The notes under the pieces were generated by a model. That model saw nothing but the letters and a program-made list of their open reading frames with translations, was not told the DNA's origin and made no database searches. A stretch of DNA of 64,000 bases from Amphiscolops sp. MND2022 (lineage: Eukaryota), in assembly GCA_964187785.1 (NCBI GenBank), contig OZ076417.1, positions 16,678,001 through 16,742,000 of the forward strand, written 5' to 3'. The translations under genes were made by a program, and so were the position numbers. Of this stretch, positions 36,007 to 46,073 are shown in pieces (within the stretch, counting starts at the first letter, position 1; every line of letters starts with the position of its first letter).

Positions 36007-36219
36007 ATAGATTTCAAAGTTATTAGGTGAATTTGATTGTTCTTTTTCAATGTTATTGATTTTATTTCTTGTTTCAGAATTTGATCTAGATCTAAAAGGT
36101 CTAGACTGTCGTGGTTGAGAAATAGGTCTGTATGAGGAAGTGTACTGTGGAAATTGTCTATCTCGAGAATAGGAACGTGATTTATATCTATGGCGTGAAT
36201 CTTGTCTATACGGTGATCT

Positions 36220-39200
36220 CTATGAAGACCTGTTTGAAGAACGATGGGAACGTGAATCGCGTTTATAGTTGTCATATCTTGATTTGTTATATTGTGGAGG
36301 AGTAGCAGTTCTGTCATATCTGTATCGGTCTCTAGATTGAGAGCGATATCGATTTTGTGATGAATTATTGCAATTTGTTTTACTATAACGTGATGTACTT
36401 ATACTACAGTCTCCGTCATAAGGTTCTATAGGTTTGCTATTTGTTCTGTAAAAATTATTGTCACGAGGAGAAGAACGGAAGTATTGTAAAAATGATTTTT
36501 GAGAAGCCTTAGATCTAGCATAAGCGTCTCTTTTATCTTCATCATCTCGTTGTTTTTTGAAACAGGCAGAGTTGGAGTGATTTGTTCTATGGCAATATGA
36601 ACAATATTTTTTATATGCAGGTTTGTGTTTGTTATTAGGGTCTCTAGGTTGTGTAAACAAAAGGTGTTCAGGTTGTTGCGTTTCTAAGGTTTGTGATTGT
36701 AGTTGGTTTGTAACAGAATTTACTTCAAGAGTAAGATCATGCGTGCGTATTTTATCATTGGCTATATCTTCAGCGTCTACCAGTTTTACAAGTGTATGAA
36801 ATGGTATTGAAGGTTCTAGAACAGTTGAAGTGGGTTTTATTTGTCTTTTGTTTGCGAAGTCTTCAAGGTTTTTTGTCAGACCTTTTGTGAAAATTTCATT
36901 GCATTTCAAGTTAATAGTAGAAGCATTTTCATTACACCAGCCTTTTTCAACCAGTTGTTGAACTTTAGGGACAAAACTGCGTACCGTTTCATTATCCTTT
37001 TTGACAAGGGTTAGAGTTTCAACTTGTGCATAGTAGGTATTCTTTTGAGATGAAAATTGTTTCTTAAAAGCTTGTACAAAAGCAGACCAGTCTTGTTTGT
37101 AAGTGTCATATAAGCAAATGTACCAGCTGAGAGCTGTACCAGTAAGAGAGCATTGTATAAAAGCCATTCGTGTTGCGTGTCAAAATTTATATTCATAAGA
37201 GGTTGAAGGTTGTTGTCCTAAAGAAAATATAACACGGGCTTCAATGTGTTGTAAATATTCTTCAGGTGTATATTTATGATCAAGGCCATCAAATTGTTTG
37301 ATTGGTTCTGAAATAGAAGTGAAAGTGTTAATATATGTAGGATTTGAAACAGTAGTAGATGGTTGAGCATACGAATGTGTTATATGAAAGTTTGAATGTG
37401 AGGTATGTGTTTGTAAATTGTTAGTATTAGTATTCGTTGGAATTTGTGATGTAGGTGTGAAATATGGATTAGTTCTAATAAAAGAACTTGATGGTTTTGG
37501 AACATTATGATCTTGAACAGAAGTTTTTGAAAAATTTATCTGAGCGTTTTGTTCTAGAGAATGTATAGCGTGTTGTGTATTATGTGTATTTGTACTGAAT
37601 AAGTTATATTGTAATGGATTGTTAGGAATTGTTTGTAATGGAGGTCTAAAAAGTGTTCTAGAAGTGACAAAATTAGTAGAAGGATTTATATGTATCATAT
37701 CAATATTAAAGGTGGTTGGTATATTTGGATCAGAAGTATTTTGTGCTTGAATATATGGATGTGTTGTAACAGATGTTCTTTCAGGAGTAGAAGGAGAATG
37801 GAATGTAAATCGTGGACGTGTGTTACTGATAAGACCATTTATATTGTTATCAAAAGAACTTGGCTGTTGAGATATGGAGGAAGAAGTATATGTATCAGAT
37901 TCAGGTAATGGTGGTGGATCATAATTTTTCGATATTGGTGGTTGTGGAATAGTGTTAGTGGTATTAGATAAAGTCGAAGAACCTTGAATTAAATATTGTG
38001 GATTTTGTTCAATATTATGTGATATATCTTGGTTTTCAATAGGTCTTATAGGTACCATTAAGATATTTGAATCAACTGTGAGATCTGTACTTTGAGCATC
38101 AAGTGTAGGATTTGGGAGTTGAAGTTCATCTTGGTCATTATCATTGTTATGATTTTCATCTAACTGGAGCGACAGATTTTCAAATTGTGCATTAGGTGGT
38201 TGCTGTGTTAATGGTGGTGTTCTCTGTGGACTTTGTTGTGTATCTTGTTCCCTGTGATTCAGAAGTATCAGAAAAAAGTTCATTGGAGTCATGAATTTGA
38301 ATGTTAGTGTTATGTGATGTTGTATGGATTTCTGTTGTAGATGTAGTAGTATACGGTTGATTATCTGACGTTTCAGAACGTTCTACAATGGAATGATTGT
38401 CGAAAGCAATAATTTCAAAATAAGGTATATGAAGTTGTAATGGATTGATGTATCGTTGATGTTTGTAATCATCTCTAATGATAAAAGGTATTAAATCTAC
38501 TCTATCAAAGGTTTGTGGAAAATTAGTTTATGCAGATTGACCTTGTTGTACCCATATTAGTTGATAATTGAATCGAAAGAACTTTAGAAGAAATTTTGCA
38601 AAGATTTGAATTTGTGGTAAAGTGTCATCATTAAGTGTAAGATTTTGGAAAAAATTGTACTGCAAGTGTGTGATTTGTATCATATCTTATTGTAACCAGT
38701 GATAAGAGTTGTTTTGTCAATTTATTTGAGAGTCAATATCTGGAACTTCAAAATGTAGATGTTTTTGTTGAAGATCTTCTAATATGGAAGGGCGGTAGAT
38801 AGGTGTATCTAAACTTTCATTGAATTCAATTAATTTGTTCAAATAGTTATTGAAGATGTCTTGTATTGTTAATTGAATATTTTGTGGCTAAATTGTCCTA
38901 TAGTATATTCCTGTATTAACATTTTCAACAGGGTTAAAAATGAATTTGATTTGTGTTTGTGATGGAGTTTTTTCATATGTTTGATATCGAATGTAATGAA
39001 GGTAAGAACCTAGATGTTCTCTAAGTAGAGGTATGGTATGTATAGAGTGAGGTTCAGTTTCAAAAGGTAATGGATTTGTGTTTTGAAAGATGAGATTTTG
39101 TAGAAAAGGGTTTATATCCTGAGTAATTGATCGTACATTACGAGTTGGTGCAGTACTACGTTTGAGTAGGAAGCATGTTGAATATTGCGTTTGTTTTATA
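36220..39200 (-). pseudogene. gag: Element 2 gag-like ORF (long; Pro/Ser/Thr-rich middle, zinc knuckle, RS-rich tail), fragmented
   Basis: FDGLDHKYTPEEYLQHIEAR; LTGTALSW; CSYCHRTNHSNSAC; RYRSQSRDRYRYDR. N-terminal QYNFFQNLTLN is shared with element 3. Upstream limit is approximate. Confidence 0.8.
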
Positions 39201-39943
39201 TTGATGTTTCTATAAAATCAAAGCTTTAAGTGGTTAATTTTTTTTGTAATGTAGAGACAATTATATGATCTGTATTAAAGTGTGTACAATATAGGAAAAA
39301 TTGATCAACAAAAAGGACTTGAAAGAAGATGGTTAAACGGATAGTGAGAATGAGTATGTATATATTTGTTATATATATATGTTTTATAAACGAGATGTGT
39401 GATATATGCCAAAGAGTCCAATGAAAAGGAAGAAAATATTGAGAATCATAAAATGTTTGGGGTTTAGAATTTCGGAATAAAGGGTACGAGAAATTGATCA
39501 AATGTTATGGCAATTATGGCAACGAAAGCAAGGAGAAACCACATGAACAAAATAATACCACCAAAATCGTCAAGAGTAAACATTTGAAAATAATTTATAT
39601 CGTGTATCAATGTATGTTATGTAAATGTATTATTAGGTCTGTTATAGATGTATCATATATGATTATGTATTATGTGTTTTGGTTATGATTTGTATTAGTA
39701 TCTGAGTCTAGTGTCTATGTGTCTATTGTCTATTTGTCTATCCCTGGGGTTGTTATAGAAGCGTTATAGTTGTGATATATATTAAGGAGTTCTATAGTGT
39801 TATAGAATAGTTGAAAAAATGTTGCAAAAGAATGATAAAGAAGGAGTTTAGGTGTAAAAAGGTGTGCCAACTCAAAGAGTTGATCCAGACGGCTAGAACC
39901 GAGTCTACTTGCAGGAATCGTCGGGTAGCACTTTAGAGAAAAA

Positions 39944-40201
39944 CAAACACGTATCGCACGTCTGCGGTTGGAACAAAAAGAATGGCCATCACGTATCACC
40001 TGTGACGGTGGTTGGAACGGAGAAGTATTTTAACCAACACGTATCACTATAGAAGTGGTTGGAACGGAAATTATTTGACCAACACGTATCACATCTTGTG
40101 TGGTTGGAACGGAGTAGAATTTAACTGACAGGAATTACGTTATAGAAGCAGTCAGAACCATGCCAACACGTATCAATTTTCTGTGAAAAATGGTTGGAAC
40201 G
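39944..40201 (-). repeat. Array of five structured 30-39-nt repeat modules in the element 2 5' leader
   Basis: Minus-strand consensus GTTCCAAC-[variable hairpin]-ATACGT-GTTGG at 39944, 39986, 40033, 40079 and 40163. Variable inner stems stay self-complementary. Confidence 0.9.
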
Positions 40202-40340
40202 AAAGGTTAAAAAGTGTAGATAAGTCGAAGAGGAGACAAAACAGTGTGTCTGACAAAAAGATAGCGAATGAGGAAGTTGAAGAAACGTGTACAATAAGAG
40301 AGGAGGCGTGAAAAGGAAGGTCGGTAGAATATTTTCTTGA

Positions 40341-40348
40341 TCGCACCA
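40341..40348 (-). other. Element 2 primer-binding site TGGTGCGA (tRNA identity uncertain, Gly-like)
   Basis: Begins 2 nt after the 5' LTR end (...GTACA-AT-TGGTGCG). Confidence 0.65.
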
Positions 40349-40350
40349 AT

Positions 40351-40885
40351 TGTACTGCTTAAGAGTGTGTGTTATGGTTAGGGTTAGATGTTTCTATAAG
40401 AAGTTATTTCATCTTAAGCAGAAGCCGCTGTAGATGTTACTGGACTATCAGAATATCAGAGATCTTTTTCAATGCTTAACTAAGTCTTTCGAGGAGTACC
40501 TTTCTAATTCTTTCACTAGTTATATACTGAGAGAAAACCTATCTATTGAGAGGTATAGTAAACTCTGATTAGTTAGTTATCAGGATATACATCAACAATT
40601 TATCTGTCATTCATAACTGTCTAAATGAGGAAGCATCGCTAAATCTATTATAGATCAGTGGGCTAGTATCTCAATGATGGAGCATTCGCTAAATAGATTA
40701 AAGATTAGTGGGTTACCATATCAGATTACTGAGAGTATTTATTAAACAGATTAGTGGTAATAATATCGGGATGGTAAGAGCATTCACTAAATAGATTTCA
40801 GGATGTCATGTGTCAATATGTCAAATAGAAAAGTTCTAGAAAGTTCTGTAAGAAAACTTTTAAGGTCATGTATCATGGTATCACA
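40351..40885 (-). repeat. Element 2 5' LTR (535 bp)
   Basis: Direct repeat of 20881-21414, followed by TSD CTGG. Confidence 0.96.
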
Positions 40886-41676
40886 CTGGCTTGTTAGTGC
40901 CAGTGGAACGAACTGCTTGCGGCTCGGATTGTTACTCCATGTTTTGAATTTGTGTTTGTGTTTTTATTATTTCTTTTGTAGGTGAATTTACCTCTCTAGT
41001 ATTGTAAGCATCGACTTAGATTGGTGCACCTCTAAAAAGCAATTGTCTGGACGTGATGATACACCTTCCAGAGCTATGCAGAGCTGTGTCATATTTTGTT
41101 TATATTTTATCGCGGATTCGGGAAAGTTGTCGTCTTTGCCAGAGTTTTATGATTGGGAAGAGTTCATGAATATTGACGAATCGCCTCGACTGAAGATAAT
41201 TGACTCTGGAGGTTTCTGCTGAAGTGTAATTTCGGTGATGAACTGCAGAGAGAACAATCAGGATTCGAGAGTTTGGAAATCGCCCATGCGAATTCTTGGA
41301 TCGCCTTGTTGACGTTGTCTTGAAGCTGAATCTTGTGTCTTCTGATGCCGTGTATGGGTTCTCTTTTGCCCGAAAATTTTGCTCGAAGCGAATGACCGAT
41401 ATTTCTACAGAGGTGTTTGCTTCGTATCTGGCGCGTACCAAAAAGTATTCGCACCAACGCGTGTACGTCGCTAATAGGCGTTGTAAGCAAGTACAGTTCC
41501 CTGAGTCTTTGGAGTTGTCGTTATCTGTGAGTGCTTTGTTGTTTCTACTGCTTCCGTTGCTGTTGAGACGTCCTGTGCTAATGGTTCATCTAAGGACCCT
41601 GACTGATCTATTGAAGAAGGGGAAGATTCCAAAGACAGGTGGCTCAGGAGCTGAATCGGGCTCGAAGAAGATGTAG
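40886..41676 (+). pseudogene. Degenerate second copy of the antisense hAT-like gene, 3' part
   Basis: Rejoined across the TSD it reads MPETGWLVSASGTNCLRLGLLLHVL vs TRGTDWLIFADKLIPLRLGLLQLVL. Also LPEFYDWEEFMNID vs LPSIHQWDAYMSVE, and IREFGNRPCEFLDRLVD vs AREFRQDCRKFMDQLVE. Confidence 0.85.
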
Positions 41677-42399
41677 ACTCCTTTGTTGACTGTCAACGCA
41701 TAACCTAAACCTAACTCCAATATTTTTCTCCACTGCCCTCTTCATAAATTTTCCTTTCAAGACCCTCCTTAAACTTTACAATGCATTCAACGCCGAACAT
41801 AAACCAAAAAATCTTTTTACCTTTCTCACTGCAGCTCATCCCTCCAGTTTCATACCATTCTCGAAAGACTCACGATCACCTCACCAATGCAGGCACCAAA
41901 AAATAGGACGCAGTAGAGCAATGTTTCAATATCGCTACCTCAACAATAATTGGCAACTTTTTGTTCCTCAGAAATCTTTTGTAATCATTAAACCGTTATC
42001 AAAATGTTTTTTATTCAAACCTCATTGCATTGTGAAACTCAAGTCATGTATATTAGGGTATGGTATTTTGATAAAAAGCAATGTTATAATATATTCACTG
42101 ATTATGTAATGTAACATTTGTGCACAATACTAATTTTATCAATCTTTCTTTCAAATATCTCATAAAAACTTCTGAAAATCAAACAATTGCCGCTTCTTTT
42201 GTTTAGAAAAGTAATACAAACTACTTTCCATTGCAAGTCTTGCCATTTGAAAGTGAATTTTTTTGAAAGTCACTTTAATTCAATTACAATTGCCACCAAA
42301 CATAATTATCGCATTCACATTATGCATCATTCATCTTGTTTCAGTTTGTCACATATCTTCCTTTTTGCCTCTCACTTAATAATATTGTTTTGCTGAAGT

Positions 42400-43450
42400 T
42401 TGGTATACTTTAGTGAATCGGTCTAACAGGTATTCTTACTTCTGTAACATCAAAGGCTCTAAGGGGGTGATCTTCGTCTTCTGAATCTGAGCTTTCAATA
42501 CTAGATGCGTGAACTCCAATAGACCTATCGTTATTGGATCCCGAAAGTTGATTGTTTTGAGTTCCGTTTTCTTCAAATCTAGGATTTGTGATTTGTTATT
42601 ATTGATGCACTCTTCTTGTCTTTAACTCTTTAAAACTTCTCTCAAACTTGTTAACCTTCTCTTTCCTCAATTTCGTTATCCAGTCATTATTCTTTTGTTC
42701 AAAGGATTCGGTCCACGCCTGGATCTCGTTGCTAATTTGACAAGGTTCAAAGGTTCAAACAGCTGGGATCCTAATTTGTAGTTACCTAAAGTTTCTTGAT
42801 GTACGGTATTATCACTAGTCAAAGTTTCATTACCTTGATTTGTTGTTTCTGCGTGTGCTTCAACCAATGCTTTATCTGGAGATGATGTTTCCAGTCTCCT
42901 AGACCTCTTGTTTCTTCTATTTCCCATCTTGCTCAAGTGAAATATATTGTGATTGTTGGGGAAGAAATTGAATTGAAATCAAAACAAATTGAAAAGTGGA
43001 ATAAAGATCCGTTGAAAAGAGGTCTCCAAAAATGGTATCTGGGATGGCACTCGTTTTAGGGTTGTCCTGATTTCCAAAATATTTAAAAAGAATTGCGTCA
43101 TATGTCCTAATTCTTTTTATAACTTAAATACATACGTTGCATGACAATTGGATTAGGTATCGCGAAAATATGGTGAGAACCCTGGAAATCCGTGAGTTAA
43201 CGTGTATGCAACACTATTTTTCCGCGTAGTGACGTATGATTGGACCATAGCACTGTGTAGGTGAAATGATGGCCGCAAATGTGGCAACAAAATTCCGCAT
43301 GTTGCCGTATATGCGTTTGAATATTTCCGCATGATACCGCCTAATTAATTATCAAAACCAGCGCAATGAAGCATGTGCGTCACTGTGTTTTCCGCATTGT
43401 GACTCATGATCAATGGTTCAAAAATCACCTACTACGCAGTCATAAAGTTC
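42400..43450 (-). mobile_element. Decayed LTR-like remnant carrying a third gag-type N-terminus (MGNRRNKRSRRLETSSP...)
   Basis: Basic N-terminal ORF 42676-42936 continues frameshifted to ...SDSEDEDHPLRA. TATAAAA lies ~190 bp upstream on minus. Repeated TTCCGC motifs at 43220-43400. Boundaries are not resolved. Confidence 0.45.
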
Positions 43451-44528
43451 CATTCATGAAAACAATCTGAGTTTGGCAAATGATTCATTAATTTGGGGTG
43501 TCACAAATGGTAAAATCGAGAAATCACTTAGTAAGGATGCATCTTAATTGATGGCTACCTTTTGCACTTCTAAAAGCGAAAATATGAAACCAAACATTTA
43601 CATGACTTCATCTTCCAATTAAAACAAATAATGAGGCATCGAAAGGAAGGGGGTTAGACAGTTTATAGAGTTTCAATAAATTTGTTTCTCGAGGCTGCAT
43701 CTGTCGTTCTCTTTCTTCTCATGCAAAACTGAACTAGTGCATCTATGAGGCTGCGACAGAAACCTTCTAATTCAAGGTCGTTCACTTACATCCGATGACC
43801 AAAAGTATTTTTTCACCCTTGAACTTGACAAAAAAAGGAAAAATCCTAATAGAACAACTCATATAAGAACTAAAATACTGTGAACTCCTACAAAGAAATA
43901 AAGAAATCAACCCCGTGGTTCATGGATGGAACTTTTGATGTTCAATACACGTCCAGCGTATGACCTTAGATCATCAACCGTGACCAATTTTACATGAGTT
44001 TCACAACTGTATGAGCCCAAAGCAGTAAGAAAGTTCTTGATACTCCGTGACTTTTTTGTTTGTTTCTCGTGAGCTTTTATTTTTGGGTATTTAAAAGTCA
44101 TGGCGCTTTTTGAGTCTCGAACCCGGCGCTGATCATACACGTTCCCTTTGTTTATTTGTGATTACAGCTATAAATTGACTGAAATTTTGAAAAAGAAAAT
44201 TCCGTAGAACGAGATAATTGAAAGTATGTCTTCAAGTCTTCATCTTTTCTTTCGTTTGATGTTTCGAGCACCATGTTAATTTTGAGTGTTGTCTAGTGAC
44301 TTCGAAAAATCGTCAATCGCCTCAAGTCAACATTGAATAAAGGGTGCCTGACGTTGAACTTTGTGAGTTTCTTCAACTGATTGCCGAACGTGACTTTTTA
44401 GCGTGATCCATACAAAACCTAATGTCTTCAAAATTGGTTCAAGTAGTACGTAGGAACTTACACTCGGTTGAAGGCGCCTTATATTAATGAACCAGTACAA
44501 CTCACTTGTGGCAGCCGGAACTGCTTAT

Positions 44529-44863
44529 TGATATACTTGTGAATTATATTCGATCATTTACCTATAATCTATATTCGATCATTCCCCTCCCTCCTCTTCG
44601 CTTGATGTCCAGATTAGATCTATGTTTTCTGAATATTAATGTAATCAAGCCATAGCTAATTTGTATTCAATACTATACTCAATATTGTCAAGCATCAATC
44701 TGATTTATATCCTGACACAACGAAATTAACTCTTCACCATCAAGTTGTCTTCCCTTGAGACCTTACACTGCAGCTCTGTTAGCGTCTCTTTAAAGTACTG
44801 CCCCTTTTGAAATAATTTATCTAAATTCTGATAGCTTCCAATCACCCAAAACAAAAAAGTACT
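44529..44863 (+). repeat. Element 3 5' LTR (~335 bp)
   Basis: tgatat...cgatcatttacctataat...caaaacaaaaaagtact aligns with 61185-61513. Confidence 0.88.
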
Positions 44864-44924
44864 TTAACCACAATCCTTTTTCTTTCCTTCCTTTTTCCTC
44901 TTAATACAATATTTTCTTCTTTCC

Positions 44925-45253
44925 GTACTAATCACAAAAGTGATTCGATATCTTTCATATCGGTACGCAATTCTTCTTTTCTTCTGTACTAATCACAAAC
45001 AGAAGTGATTCGACATAACGTCGGTAACCATTCAAAGTGGTTCGACCTCGTAGTCGGTACAAACAATCCTTCTGTACTAATCACCAAAAAATCATTCAGC
45101 CTTGAAGCTGGTACAACCATTATTCTGTACTAATCACCATTGAATTGATTCAGCTACATGCTGGTACATCAACTCTTTCGTACTAATCAAGTTGATTGGA
45201 CTTTTGTTGGTACTCTCTAGTGCTAACCTCTTGATTCGACCTTTTGTCGGTAC
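44925..45253 (+). repeat. Array of ~7 structured repeat modules in the element 3 5' leader
   Basis: Consensus GTAC-TAATCAC-loop-GTGATT-CGAC-loop-GTCG-GTAC. Units at 44925, 44986, ~45026 (partial), 45074, 45127, 45180 and 45220. Confidence 0.9.
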
Positions 45254-46073
45254 ACGTTTTTGTCTCCTTTTTTTCTATAAATTTGTACTCCCAGTTTAAA
45301 ATGTATAATCTCAATTATGCATCTCAAGACTCCGTATGTACTCTAATGATTATATCGTTTTTGTGTGGCCTACTTGCAATTGTTTTTCTTGTCGTCGACA
45401 AATCAAGATTGATTTCATTCCCCGATAACTTTTCGCTCTTTAATCAATGTTTCTGACCGAAAACCTTGCTACAAATATTTTTTTTGTCTCATACATATTT
45501 GCTCTGCTTGTTTTTCGTATGCTCCTTGTTGAAAAAATATTCATCACACTGTTCACCTAAACTTAATCTTTTTAATTCCCTCTCCTTTTCCCATAACCTC
45601 TTTTTCTTTGCAACCTCCCACATTCCCCTACCACATTTCCAATTCCTTTTCGTTTCTCTAACTCTAATTTCTTTAAACTTTTCCCCCTCCACCACTATTA
45701 CTCATACTCACCACCTCATCGTCTTTAACCCTTTCTACTATATTTTTAACCTTCTCACTTCACAATCCTCCATACAATTTTGCATTTGCTCCGTTTATCC
45801 TACCTCCTTCTACCAAACTGTTCTTAAATTTCGTTTAATCTATTTTTTTAAACTCAAACCCTCTCCTTGCAATTTTTCAACTCCAGCCCATTTCCTTCAT
45901 TCTTTCCTTCACCACTCTTTTCCTCCACCGTAAACTCCTCCCCGATTATACTGATTTTGGCCATAAACTCTATCTTTTTTTAACAATCCAACGCCTCCTC
46001 CAGAACCACCTATTGATCCTGATATTCTCTTCAATCGTATTTCATTAAGTTTTCATCCTCACCGACAATCATA

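Larger units (their letters stand above)
20881..40885 (-). mobile_element. Element 2: env-bearing Ty3/Gypsy (retrovirus-like) element, 20.0 kb including an internal duplication; coding regions decayed
   Basis: LTRs 20881-21414 and 40351-40885 (TGTGAT...GTACA on minus). 4-bp TSD CTGG at 20877-20880 and 40886-40889. PBS present. gag-PR-RT-RH-IN-env fragments on minus. Confidence 0.96.

Noticed and set aside
39944-40201. CRISPR-like repeat/spacer appearance of the leader arrays (also 44925-45253)
   Set aside because: Eukaryotic retroelement context, no cas genes, and spacers are only 5-15 nt and self-complementary. Better explained as RNA structure modules.
20881-40885. Apparent mismatch between ~97% LTR identity and many ORF lesions in element 2
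   Set aside because: A rough estimate (1-2% divergence over ~15 kb of coding DNA) can already account for a few dozen stops and frameshifts, so no special explanation is needed.
43907-44520. Degenerate minus-strand coding-like sequence left of element 3
   Set aside because: Multiple stops and no motif I can assign.
44925-45253. Hammerhead ribozyme array
   Set aside because: Three-helix layout, but the CUGANGA and GAAA core motifs are absent.
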